A DNA stretch of 64,000 nucleotides from Candidatus Dormibacteria bacterium (GTDB lineage: Bacteria; Chloroflexota; Dormibacteria; Aeolococcales; Aeolococcaceae), in assembly GCA_049521435.1 (NCBI GenBank), contig JBEKOU010000007.1, positions 63,831 to 127,830 of the forward strand. The letters are read 5' to 3'. A model generated the notes under the pieces. That model was given only the letters and a program-made list of their open reading frames with translations. It searched no databases and had not been told where the DNA came from. Of this stretch, positions 47,816-57,227 are shown piece after piece. A program made the translations under genes and the position numbers. The first letter of the stretch is position 1. Each line of letters opens with the position of its first letter.

Positions 47816-48807
47816 CCGTGGCGGAGCGCCGCTTCCGAGAGGTCGCCGACGCCGCGAGCGACATCCAGCGCCTCATCGAAGACGCGCGCGAGATCGGCTG
47901 CCTCGCCCACAAGGACGCCGACGCCGACAGCCTCGGCTCGGCCCTCGCATTCGCTGAGGCGCTGCGTGAGATGGGCAAGAGCGTCCATACCGTGGTGCCC
48001 AGCCCGCTCCCCCGGGCCCTGACCTACCTTCCCGGGTACGCGACGATCGTCGAAGATCCACCCGCTCTCGACCTCCTCTTCACCTTCGACTGCGCCACCG
48101 TCCACCGCTTCGGGGACAAGGCGGAGCTGGTCGAGCGCGTCGCCCACGTGATCAACGTCGACCACCACGCGAGCAACGACGGGTTCGGGGAGATCAACGT
48201 CGTCGACACCGCGGCGAGCGCCACCGGTCAGGTCGTCTATCGCCTGCTCCGGGCGATGGGCTGCCCGATCTCGCCGGAGACCGCCACCAACCTCTACGCC
48301 GCGCTTCTCACCGACACCGGTGGTTTCCGCCATGAGAACACCACCGAAGCCGCGCTCCGGCTCGGCGCCGACCTTGTCGGGCTGGGGGCCGACGCGGGCT
48401 GGATCGCGCTCAAGAGCTACAAGTCGCGCACCGTCGCCCAGCTCCACCTCGAGGGTATGGCCGTCGCGCGGAGCCAGACAGAGAGCGGCGGCCGCCTCAT
48501 CTGGTCGGAGATCACCACCGCCATGCTCGAGGAGACCGGGACCACCCTTCAGGAGGCGGAGGGGGTGATCGACCAACTCCAGACGGTCGAACCGATGAAG
48601 GTCGCCGTCCTCTTCAAGGAGGCCGGCCCTCAACTGACCAAGATCTCGGTCCGCAGCCGCGATGAGATCGACGCCACCCGGGTGTGCACCCCCTTCGGCG
48701 GCGGTGGTCACCGGCGCGCCGCCGGCGCCGAGCTGTGCGAGCCTCTGGAGACGGCCCGCGAGCGGGTCCTCGACGTGGCCCGGGCCCTGCTGGGCTCGTC
48801 CAGCTAG
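47812..48807 (+). CDS. nrnA: DHH/DHHA1 phosphoesterase (NrnA-like)
   Basis: HKDADADSLGS, DHH, TDTGGF, GGGGHRRAAG. Confidence 0.88.
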   Translation: MTVAERRFREVADAASDIQRLIEDAREIGCLAHKDADADSLGSALAFAEALREMGKSVHTVVPSPLPRALTYLPGYATIVEDPPALDLLFTFDCATVHRFGDKAELVERVAHVINVDHHASNDGFGEINVVDTAASATGQVVYRLLRAMGCPISPETATNLYAALLTDTGGFRHENTTEAALRLGADLVGLGADAGWIALKSYKSRTVAQLHLEGMAVARSQTESGGRLIWSEITTAMLEETGTTLQEAEGVIDQLQTVEPMKVAVLFKEAGPQLTKISVRSRDEIDATRVCTPFGGGGHRRAAGAELCEPLETARERVLDVARALLGSSS

Positions 48808-48809
48808 CC

Positions 48810-49733
48810 GTGGAAGCCTCCCCCGCGGCCCCGCCCCGCCGGGGCGCCCTGAGCGCCGTGCTGGCTCTCAACAAGCAGATGGGCCAGACCTCCTTCGACT
48901 GCATCCGCCAGGTGCGCCGGATCTACGGGGAGCGCCGGGTCGGCCACGCCGGCACCCTCGACCCCATGGCGCAGGGCCTGCTCCCCGTCTGCCTGGGGGG
49001 AGCCACCCGGCTCATCGACCACTTCCACCGGCAGACCAAGACCTACCGCTGCACCGTCCGGCTCGGTGAGCGTTCCGAGACGCTCGACACCGAGGGCAGC
49101 GTCACCCCAGGCGGCGACGCCCGCGGGCTGGACGCGGATCAGGTGCGCGCCGCGCTGCGGCAGTTCGTCGGCGAGATCTCCCAGATCCCGCCGATGCACT
49201 CCGCCGTCCGTCACGAGGGCGAGCACCTCTACGACCTGGCCCGGCGTGGGGAGCACGTCGAGCGCCAGCCACGGACCGCCCTGATCGTGAGCGCCGAGCT
49301 GACCGGCTTCCGGCCCGGCGCCGTCGCCGAGGCCGACCTCGAGGTCGAGTGCGGGAAGGGGACCTTCATGCGGGTCCTCGCCAGCGACCTCGGCGACGCG
49401 CTCGAGGTGGGGGGCCTGCTGAGCTGGCTGGAGCGCACGCGGTACGGATCACTGGAGATCACCGACGCGCACACCATCGAGGAGCTGAGGGAGCTCGACG
49501 ACCCCACCACCGCGCTTCTCCCCACCTGGGTCGCGGTCAGCTTCCTGCCCCAGGTCTTCCTCGGACCGCCGGCGGTTGCGCTGGTCCGCAACGGGCAGGC
49601 CGTCTTTCTCCCCCGGGTGGCCGCCGGCCTGCCCCAGGGCGAGACGCGGGCTCACTCCCCCTCCGGCGACCTGGTCGCCGTCGGCGAGGTCACCGGCTTC
49701 CGCTTCCGGCCGACGAAGGTCATGGCCGGCTGA
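48810..49733 (+). CDS. truB: tRNA pseudouridine(55) synthase
   Basis: GHAGTLDPMAQG, QIPPMHSAV, CGKGTFMR. Confidence 0.95.
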   Translation: MEASPAAPPRRGALSAVLALNKQMGQTSFDCIRQVRRIYGERRVGHAGTLDPMAQGLLPVCLGGATRLIDHFHRQTKTYRCTVRLGERSETLDTEGSVTPGGDARGLDADQVRAALRQFVGEISQIPPMHSAVRHEGEHLYDLARRGEHVERQPRTALIVSAELTGFRPGAVAEADLEVECGKGTFMRVLASDLGDALEVGGLLSWLERTRYGSLEITDAHTIEELRELDDPTTALLPTWVAVSFLPQVFLGPPAVALVRNGQAVFLPRVAAGLPQGETRAHSPSGDLVAVGEVTGFRFRPTKVMAG

Positions 49734-49768
49734 CCGGGAGCTGAGATGCGGGGGATGAACCGTTGTCG

Positions 49769-50716
49769 ATGACCCTGGAGCACTCCCTCGGCCCGGAGCG
49801 CGGACCGTCGCCGCCTCCAGCGGCCTGCACCATCGGGGTGTTCGACGGCGTCCACCGCGGCCACCAGCAGCTGCTGGCGCGCACGGTGGCAGCGGCCCGC
49901 GAGATCGGCGGCATCGCCGTGGCGGTCACCTTCGAGCCCCATCCCAGCGCTGTCCTCGACCCCGGCAACGTCCCGCCCGAGCTGACCACCCTCGACGAGA
50001 AGCGCGAGCGGCTCATCGCCGCCGGCATCGATCGGGTGGTGGTGGTCAACTTCACCCGCGAGGTGAGCCAGTGGAGCGCCGAGCGCTTCTGCGAGCGGTT
50101 GCTCGACCGCTTCGATCTCCGGCACCTGGTGGTCGGAGCCGGCTTCGCCCTCGGGCGTGCCCGCCGTGGCGACGTCGACTTCCTCCGCGGCTTCGGGGCC
50201 GTGCACGGCTTCACGGTGGAGACCGTCGAGTCGGTGGCCGAGGACGGGGAGACGATCTCCTCCACCCGGGTGCGCTCCGCGCTCGTCTCCGGCGACGTCG
50301 AGACGGCCGCGCAGCTGCTCGGCCACCCCTACTTCCTGGACGGCACCGTGGAGCACGGCGATCGGGTGGGGTGGAGGCTGGGGTTCCCCACCGCCAACGT
50401 GGGGGTCGAGCCCGGCAAGTGCCTGCCCGAGATGGGCATCTACAGCAGCTGGATCCGCGCCCGGGGGGTGTGGCTCCCCGCCGCCTCGAGCATCGGCTAC
50501 CGGCCCACCTTCGGCGGCGACCGCCTCACCGTCGAGGCCCATCTCCTCGACTTCGACGGCGACCTCTACGGCGAGCGGGTCCGCCTCGCGTTCCTGCACC
50601 GGCTGCGCGAGGAGCGCTGGTACCCGGACGAGGCCGCCCTCATCGCCCAGATGCGCCTGGACGTCGCCGAGACACGGCGCCTGCTGGAGCCGGCGGCGCC
50701 GCCTGCGGAGCTGTAG
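49769..50716 (+). CDS. ribF: Bifunctional riboflavin kinase/FAD synthetase
   Basis: GVFDGVHRGH, TFEPHP, ISSTRVR, GFPTAN, GYRPTF, VEAHLLDF. Confidence 0.95.
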   Translation: MTLEHSLGPERGPSPPPAACTIGVFDGVHRGHQQLLARTVAAAREIGGIAVAVTFEPHPSAVLDPGNVPPELTTLDEKRERLIAAGIDRVVVVNFTREVSQWSAERFCERLLDRFDLRHLVVGAGFALGRARRGDVDFLRGFGAVHGFTVETVESVAEDGETISSTRVRSALVSGDVETAAQLLGHPYFLDGTVEHGDRVGWRLGFPTANVGVEPGKCLPEMGIYSSWIRARGVWLPAASSIGYRPTFGGDRLTVEAHLLDFDGDLYGERVRLAFLHRLREERWYPDEAALIAQMRLDVAETRRLLEPAAPPAEL

Positions 50717-50754
50717 CGCGTAAACCGGCTCGGCCCCTCGGGGGTTGTCACTGC

Positions 50755-51267
50755 ATGGTCCAATCAGCGACCGTGGAGGGTGCCCGGGTCGACGAGCGGG
50801 ACGAGCAGGCCTTCGAGGCGGTGGCCCGGCGCGAGGCCAGGCGCCTCTTCGGGATCGCCTACACCATCCTCCGCGACCCGGCCGAGGCCGAGGACGCCGT
50901 CCAGGACGTCATGGTGCGTGCCTGGAGGGCCTGGCACCGCACCCAGGGCTTCGGCGACCAGGGCCCCTGGCTCACCCGCATCTGCATCAACCGGTGCCTG
51001 AGCCACCGCGTCCGGCTGCGCCTGCGCAGCACCCGCGAGACAGCGCTGGATGGGCGGGTGGGGGTCACCGGTGCCCCTGCTTCCGATCCCGAGCTGGCCC
51101 GGGCGTTCGACCGCCTCTCGCCGCGGCAGCGTGCGGTGGTCCTGCTCCACTACTACGCCGGTTACTCCCTCGACGAGTGCGCCGAGCTGCTGGGCTGCCG
51201 CCCCGGCACCGCGCGCAGCCATCTGCATCGCGCCCTGGCGGCGCTGCGAGAGGTGATGAGCCAATGA
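50755..51267 (+). CDS. ECF RNA polymerase sigma factor
   Basis: AEDAVQDV, WLTRICIN (region 2); LSPRQRAVVLLHY...GTARSHLHRAL (region 4). Confidence 0.92.
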   Translation: MVQSATVEGARVDERDEQAFEAVARREARRLFGIAYTILRDPAEAEDAVQDVMVRAWRAWHRTQGFGDQGPWLTRICINRCLSHRVRLRLRSTRETALDGRVGVTGAPASDPELARAFDRLSPRQRAVVLLHYYAGYSLDECAELLGCRPGTARSHLHRALAALREVMSQ

Positions 51268-52715
51268 CCCCCGACGAGCTCGACCAGAAAGACCGCGAGC
51301 GGCTCCACCGCTTCCTCGACGAGTCCGCGCACCGCCCGATCCCCGACGGCTTCGAGAGCCGCGTGGTGCCGCACTCCCGGCGTCTCCGTCCCCTCGGCCG
51401 GATGTTGGGCGCGGTGGTGGTGTTCGCGGCGGTGGCGGTGTCGACCGCGGCGGCGGTGTTCTCGTCGGACACCGGCCCGTTGCACCAGCACGCATCACCG
51501 CAGGGGAGCACCGGCCAGCCCACCACCACGCCGCTCCCGTCCCTGCCGATCGAGGTCTTGCCGGGCGAGTCGCTGCCGGGGCTCGGCGGCGCGATCGAGG
51601 GGCTGAGCGGCGGCGTCTGGAGCGCGATCAGCGCGCCCGTCCCCTCAGCATTGCCTGGCTCCAGTGAATCGCAGGGGGTGGGCCTGGCCGGCATCGCCTG
51701 TCCGAGCAGCGACGACTGCTGGGCCGTGGGAGCGGGATACGGGGGGAGCGGCGGCCTCATCGAGCACTACGACGGCAGCGCCTGGAGCATCGTCGGGCAG
51801 CCCGCGGAACCGCTCACGGCGGTCGCCTGCGACAGCGACACAGACTGCTGGGCGGTGGGCGGTGTCTCCGGCTACCTTGCCCAGCCGGTCTTCGAGCACT
51901 ACGCGGGCGGAGCGTGGGAGGTCGTGCAGGGCCCGGCCCTCAGCGACGGCGGCACGCTCTCCGGCGTCAGCTGCCCCGATGCCGATCACTGCTGGGCGGT
52001 GGGCAGCGGCGCATCTGACACGGGGTCGACCGACGCAACCACCGCGCCCCTGATCGAGGCGTACACGGGCGGCGTCTGGACCGTGGTCGCCGATCCTGCC
52101 GCCGCCACGGGAAGCGGTGGTGACTCTTTCCTCAGTGCCGTGACCTGTCTCAGTGCGGCCGATTGCTGGGCGGTGGGGGAGGACGCCTCGACCGGCGGCG
52201 GCCTCATCGAGCACGGTGACGGCGCGGGGTGGACCGTGGTCCCCGGTCCGAACGCGCCCGGCCTGGTGGCGGTGAGCTGCGCCGGCGCGGACGACTGCTG
52301 GGCCGTGGGTGGGGACAGCGCCGAGCACTACCAGGGCACGGCGTGGACGCTGGTCACCGGCCTGCTCAGCGGCGTCGCCAGCAGCCTGCAGTCGGTCAGC
52401 TGCGTCGCGCCCGACGCCTGCTGGGTCGTGGGTGCGGAGGAGACCGGTTCTGAGCGCGCGGCGAACCAGGCGGGCCTCGTCTACCAGCTGCTGATCGAGG
52501 GGTGGCAGCAGGGGAGCGGATGGACCGCGGTGTCGTCTCTCCCCAGCGGGGTCGATCTCGAAGGGGTGGCGTGCTTGGGAGAGGACAGCTGCTGGGCGGT
52601 GGGGTCCGTCGTCGGCGGAGCCAGGTTCATCTTCACGAGCCCGAGCCCCTCGCCCGGCACAGCGCCACTCGAATCCTCCCCCGCCACGCCGGGCGCCGCC
52701 TCACCCGCCGCCTGA
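51264..52715 (+). CDS. Membrane-anchored putative anti-sigma factor with 7 Cx5CWAVG repeats
   Basis: ATGA overlap with the sigma gene; short cytoplasmic N-terminus, one TM helix, repeated extracellular domain. Confidence 0.8.
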   Translation: MTPDELDQKDRERLHRFLDESAHRPIPDGFESRVVPHSRRLRPLGRMLGAVVVFAAVAVSTAAAVFSSDTGPLHQHASPQGSTGQPTTTPLPSLPIEVLPGESLPGLGGAIEGLSGGVWSAISAPVPSALPGSSESQGVGLAGIACPSSDDCWAVGAGYGGSGGLIEHYDGSAWSIVGQPAEPLTAVACDSDTDCWAVGGVSGYLAQPVFEHYAGGAWEVVQGPALSDGGTLSGVSCPDADHCWAVGSGASDTGSTDATTAPLIEAYTGGVWTVVADPAAATGSGGDSFLSAVTCLSAADCWAVGEDASTGGGLIEHGDGAGWTVVPGPNAPGLVAVSCAGADDCWAVGGDSAEHYQGTAWTLVTGLLSGVASSLQSVSCVAPDACWVVGAEETGSERAANQAGLVYQLLIEGWQQGSGWTAVSSLPSGVDLEGVACLGEDSCWAVGSVVGGARFIFTSPSPSPGTAPLESSPATPGAASPAA

Positions 52716-52766
52716 CCTCGCCGAGCCGCCCAGCACCGCCGGCCCGGCGAGCGCCGTCCTTCGCCC

Positions 52767-53105
52767 TCAGCGACCGCCGGTGCGGGCGGTGAGGTCGCGC
52801 CGCACTCTCAGCCCGGCGATCCCCAGGACCACGGCTCCGGCGCAGAGGGCCACCAGGAGCCCGCCCAGCAGCGGGGACGCGAGGGTCACCGCGATGGCGA
52901 AAGGCAGCAGCACGGCGCAGATCCCGCACAGGCACGCGGCCCACGCCGCTCGGGGCCGGCCCCGCATCGACGCGCTGACCGCCATGGCGAGCAGGAGCAT
53001 GGCGAGCAGAAGTCCGACCGTCGGGAAGATGTACACGACGAAGCCACCGACCAACCCGACGAGCAGCCACATCTCGGTGGATACCGACCTGGTGCCGCCT
53101 GCCAT
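52767..53105 (-). CDS. Small integral membrane protein
   Basis: About 112 aa with 3-4 hydrophobic segments; TAGTCT 7 nt upstream of the ATG. Confidence 0.65.
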   Translation of the reverse strand: MAGGTRSVSTEMWLLVGLVGGFVVYIFPTVGLLLAMLLLAMAVSASMRGRPRAAWAACLCGICAVLLPFAIAVTLASPLLGGLLVALCAGAVVLGIAGLRVRRDLTARTGGR

Positions 53106-53165
53106 CACCCCAAGACTAGCGCGCCATTCCGGAGCCCGCCCGGTCCCCGATGGCGATCGCCGGCG

Positions 53166-55598
53166 CTAGGAGAGGACGACCTCCACGACCACGCGCTCGG
53201 TCCCCAGCGGAGGCCGCGGCACCACGTCGCCGTCGATGTCCACCCCGTCCACGGTCAGCGCAACGTCGTTGCCCGGCCCCTCACGGCGGACCGTGATCTC
53301 GTACCAGGTGTCGCGGAAGAGGCGCTTCGCCGCGTATCCCGGCCAGGCGGTGGGCAGCACCGGCGCCACCTTCAGCCCGCGGTGGGTGGGGCGGATGCCC
53401 AGGATCCACTGGGTGGCGGCGACGTAGGTCCAGGCCGCCGCGCCGGTGAGCCACGCGTTCCTCCCCAGGCCGTACTGGGGGTGCGCCGGGCCGCAGATGT
53501 TCTGGCAGTAGACGTAGGGCTCGACCGCGGCCAGCACGACGTCGGCGCGGGCGAGCGGCAGCAGCTGGCGGTAGTACTCGTAGGCCCGGTCACCGTCGCC
53601 GAGCTGCGCCGCGGCGATGATCGACCAGGCGGCGGCGTGGCAGAAGATGCCGCCGTTCTCCTTGGCGCCCGGTGGGTAGGTGGCGGTGCCGTTGACCCGA
53701 GGATCGCCGCCGTCATACGGGGGCCAGAGCGCGCTGAGGCCGTACGGGGTGTCCAGCAGGTCGTGCGCCGACCTCATGGCGATCTCGGCCCGCTCGGGAG
53801 GCGCGACCTCACCGATCACCGACCAGCTCTGAGGGACGAGGTTGATCCGGTGGCGCACCTCCGAGGCCACCCCGATCGGACGTCCCTCGTCGTCGAAGGC
53901 GCGCGCGTACCAGGCGCCGTCCCAGGCGGAGGCGTTGACCGCGGCGGCCATCTCCGCGTGGAGCCGCCGGAACCGGACCGCGTCCTCGGAGCGGTGGAGG
54001 TGGTCGCAGAGGGCGGTGAGGTCGAGGGTGGCGCGGCAGAACTGCATGGCACACCAGACGCTCTCCGCCCGGCCCGACCCGTGGTCGACGTTCATGGTGT
54101 CGTCCCAGTCGGCGTAGCCGGCGCGGGGGAGGCCATGGGGACCGCGATGGGCGAGGACGAAGTCGATGGCCGCCGTCATGTGGCCCCAGACGGTGTCGTC
54201 CGCGTCCTCAGGGGGGAGGCCGTCCGGCCCCGGCTGGTACGGCACCAGCCGGTGGATCATGTCGCAGTCCCCGGTCTCGCGCAGGTAGGCGCAGGTGGCG
54301 ATGACCAGCCAGAGGTGGTCGTCGCTGAACCACTGCGGCCAGGCCGGCCGCTCCGCGGCGAGCCCCGGCCCACCCTCGCCGGTGAGCGGGAGGAACTGGT
54401 GCCAGGCGTGCCCGTCGACGAACTGGAGCGCCCAGAGCTGCTCCAGGCGCGCCTCGGCCAGGTCAGGCTCGACATGGGAGGTGGCCAAGGTGTCCTGGGC
54501 GCTGTCGCGCGTCCCCATGCCCCGTCCCAGGCCCGTCTCGTAGCCGGAGACAAAGCGCGACCAGTACAGCGTGGTGCGGCACTGGACCGGGTTCCAGAGG
54601 TTGAGCGTCGCGTCGGTGTCGGCATCCGGGGTGTGCACCGTGAAGCTGCCCAGGTACCTCTCCCAGTCGGAGCGCAGCGCCGTGAAGGCGCGGCTGACCG
54701 CTCCGGCGTCCGACCAGCGCGCCACCACCCCGGGGATCGCCGGGGGAGTCTCGGTGATCCCCAGCATGTGGACGATCCGTGCGCTCTCGCCGGGCTCGAG
54801 CGCCACCTCGTGGCAGAACGAGCCGATGGCGTTGCCGCGCGGGGAGGCGGTGCCGGTCGGGGAGCCCGCCTCCACCACGGCGGGGCTCTCCAGCCCCCGG
54901 TACGGGCCGACGAACGCCTCCCGGCTGCAGTCGGCACCGACCGGCGTCCGGTCGGAGGCGAAGAAGGTGGTGGTGGGGCGAAATCGGGTGGTGGCTAGGA
55001 TGGCCCGCAGCTCCGGGTCGTGCCGGGCGCTCACCACATGGCCTGTCCAGTCGATGTTGTGCAGGTCACCCATGGCATCGGGGAAGCTCAGCTCCACGTA
55101 GCTGAAGGTGCGCAGCACGACCGGCCGGTCCCCGGTGTTGGTCAGCCGCAGCTCCCACAGCTCGACCGGGCAGGGGTCCTCCGGCCCGCCCGGGGGTACG
55201 AAGTAGAGGGTCTCCGCCCGCACCCCGCTGCGCTCCGTGGTGATCCGGGTGTAGCCGGCGCCGTGGCGGCACTCGTAGTGATCGAGCGCCCCCCGGACCG
55301 GCTGCCAGGTGGCCCCCCAGAACTCGCCGGTGTCCTGGCGCCTCAGGTAGATGTAGCGCCCGGGCTGGTCCTCGGGGACCGCGTTGTACCGGTAGCGGCT
55401 GACCCGGCGGTTGCGCGGATCGCGGTCAAAGGAGAATCCGCCACCGGTGTTGGAGACGATCCCGCCGTAGCGACCCTCGCCCAGGTAGTTGATCCAGGGG
55501 GTGGGGGTGTCGGGCCGGGTGATGACGAACTCGGCCGCGGCGGGGTCGAAGTAGCCGAAGTCGCTCTCCGCCAGCCGCACGTTCACCGCGCTCACCAC
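53166..55598 (-). CDS. GH94 glycoside phosphorylase (cellobiose/chitobiose phosphorylase-like)
   Basis: GYFD...FVITRPDTPTPWINYLG, GMGTRDSAQD, ADWDD, KENGGIFCH, EPYVYCQ, WLTG; AGGAG SD before GTG 55598/55595. Confidence 0.92.
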   Translation of the reverse strand: MVSAVNVRLAESDFGYFDPAAAEFVITRPDTPTPWINYLGEGRYGGIVSNTGGGFSFDRDPRNRRVSRYRYNAVPEDQPGRYIYLRRQDTGEFWGATWQPVRGALDHYECRHGAGYTRITTERSGVRAETLYFVPPGGPEDPCPVELWELRLTNTGDRPVVLRTFSYVELSFPDAMGDLHNIDWTGHVVSARHDPELRAILATTRFRPTTTFFASDRTPVGADCSREAFVGPYRGLESPAVVEAGSPTGTASPRGNAIGSFCHEVALEPGESARIVHMLGITETPPAIPGVVARWSDAGAVSRAFTALRSDWERYLGSFTVHTPDADTDATLNLWNPVQCRTTLYWSRFVSGYETGLGRGMGTRDSAQDTLATSHVEPDLAEARLEQLWALQFVDGHAWHQFLPLTGEGGPGLAAERPAWPQWFSDDHLWLVIATCAYLRETGDCDMIHRLVPYQPGPDGLPPEDADDTVWGHMTAAIDFVLAHRGPHGLPRAGYADWDDTMNVDHGSGRAESVWCAMQFCRATLDLTALCDHLHRSEDAVRFRRLHAEMAAAVNASAWDGAWYARAFDDEGRPIGVASEVRHRINLVPQSWSVIGEVAPPERAEIAMRSAHDLLDTPYGLSALWPPYDGGDPRVNGTATYPPGAKENGGIFCHAAAWSIIAAAQLGDGDRAYEYYRQLLPLARADVVLAAVEPYVYCQNICGPAHPQYGLGRNAWLTGAAAWTYVAATQWILGIRPTHRGLKVAPVLPTAWPGYAAKRLFRDTWYEITVRREGPGNDVALTVDGVDIDGDVVPRPPLGTERVVVEVVLS

Positions 55599-55784
55599 CA
55601 GGACGCTCCTGCTCCGTTCGTTCCCGCGGCGGCGACCATAGCACACGCACGTACGCCGATCCCGACCCCGGTCACGAGATCGCACGCGGCCGCGGCGCCA
55701 TGCCGGACCCCGTCGCCGCGGCCGCGACGGCCACTCAACCCCGCTCACGGAGGACAATGCCGCGACGCCGTCCCGCACACGGAG

Positions 55785-57227
55785 ATGCCGACCGTGCCCA
55801 TCGACCAGCCGTCCCGCAGGTTCCCCGAGGGTTTCCTCTTCGGGACCAAGACCTCCGCATACCAGCTGGAGGGCTCGGTCCACGCCGATGGCCGGGGGGT
55901 CTCGATCTGGGACACGTACAGCCACACCCCGGGCGCCACCCACCACGACGACAACGCGGACGTCACCTCCGATCACTACCGCCGTCTGGACGAGGACCTC
56001 GACCTGGCCGCCGACCTGGGCGTCCCCGCCTACTGCTTCTCGGTGGCCTGGCCGCGGATCCAGCCCACCGGCAGCGGGCCCGCCAACCAGCGGGGTCTCG
56101 ACTTCTACCGCCGGATGGTCGAGGGGCTGCACCGGCGGGGGATCACCCCGGTCGCCACCCTCTTTCACTGGGACCTGCCGCAGCCTCTCGAGGACGCCGG
56201 CGGCTGGCCGGCACGGGACACGGCGGGCCGCTTCGCCGACTACGCCGCCCTCGTCGCCGGGGCGCTCGGCGGCGAGGTGGAGATGTGGGTCACCCACAAC
56301 GAGCCGTGGTGCCCTGCCTGGCTCGGCTACGCCAAGGGCCAGCACGCCCCGGGGCGCCAGGACGTCGGGCTGGCGGTGGCCGCCACCCACCACCTCCTGC
56401 TCGCCCACGGGTGGGCGGTGCAGGCCATCCGGGCGGCCGTGCCCGGTGCGCGGGTGGGCATCGACCTCAACCTCCAGCCGACCCGGGCGGCGAGCCAGCA
56501 CCCCGACGATCTCGCCGCCGCACGCCGGGCGGACGGCAACCTCAACCGCCTCTTCCTCGACCCGGTGCTCCGCGGCGAGTATCCCGCCGACATGGTGGCC
56601 CACTACGCGGGCTTCACGCCGGGCTTCTCCGTGGTGCGGGACGGCGACCTCCGGGTCATCGCCGAGCCCACGGACTTCCTCGGGGTCAACTTCTACGAAC
56701 CCCGGATGGTCTGCGCCACCAGCCGGATGGCAGAGGCGCGGGCGGCCGGGTACTGGGTGCCGGTGTCCCCTGCGACTGACGCGTTCGGTGCCGACCTCGA
56801 CGCTGTGGAGGTCCACCGTCCCGACTGGGAGCGCACCACCATGGGGTGGGAGATCGAGCCGGCCGCGCTCACCGAGCTGCTCCTCCGGGTCCGGGACGAC
56901 TACGGTCCCCGCTCCCTCTACGTGCTCGAGAACGGCATGGCGAACGACGACTACGTCACCCCCGACGGTGAGGTGCGCGATCCCGAGCGCATCGCCTACA
57001 TCAGCAGCCATCTCGGCGCGGTCCTGGACGCGATCGGTGCCGGCGTCGACGTGCGCGGCTACTTCGTCTGGACGCTGCTCGACAACTTCGAGTGGTCGTA
57101 CGGCTTCTCGAAGCGCTTCGGTCTCACCTGGGTCGACTACCCGGGCGGCGCTCGCATCCCCAAGTCGAGCTTCGCCTGGTACCGGGACACGATCCGAGCC
57201 CACGCTCTGACCTGGATCGGTGAGTAA
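55785..57227 (+). CDS. GH1 beta-glucosidase
   Basis: SAYQLEG, FSVAWPRI, TLFHWDLP, HNEP (acid/base), LENG (nucleophile), LLDNFEW. Confidence 0.93.
   Translation: MPTVPIDQPSRRFPEGFLFGTKTSAYQLEGSVHADGRGVSIWDTYSHTPGATHHDDNADVTSDHYRRLDEDLDLAADLGVPAYCFSVAWPRIQPTGSGPANQRGLDFYRRMVEGLHRRGITPVATLFHWDLPQPLEDAGGWPARDTAGRFADYAALVAGALGGEVEMWVTHNEPWCPAWLGYAKGQHAPGRQDVGLAVAATHHLLLAHGWAVQAIRAAVPGARVGIDLNLQPTRAASQHPDDLAAARRADGNLNRLFLDPVLRGEYPADMVAHYAGFTPGFSVVRDGDLRVIAEPTDFLGVNFYEPRMVCATSRMAEARAAGYWVPVSPATDAFGADLDAVEVHRPDWERTTMGWEIEPAALTELLLRVRDDYGPRSLYVLENGMANDDYVTPDGEVRDPERIAYISSHLGAVLDAIGAGVDVRGYFVWTLLDNFEWSYGFSKRFGLTWVDYPGGARIPKSSFAWYRDTIRAHALTWIGE

Noticed and set aside
55749-56779. Strong GGAGG-ATG (55757) out of frame with GH1, opening a long Arg/Pro-rich ORF
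   Set aside because: The product is typical high-GC shadow-frame sequence, and GH1 has its own GGAG-ATG at 55785.
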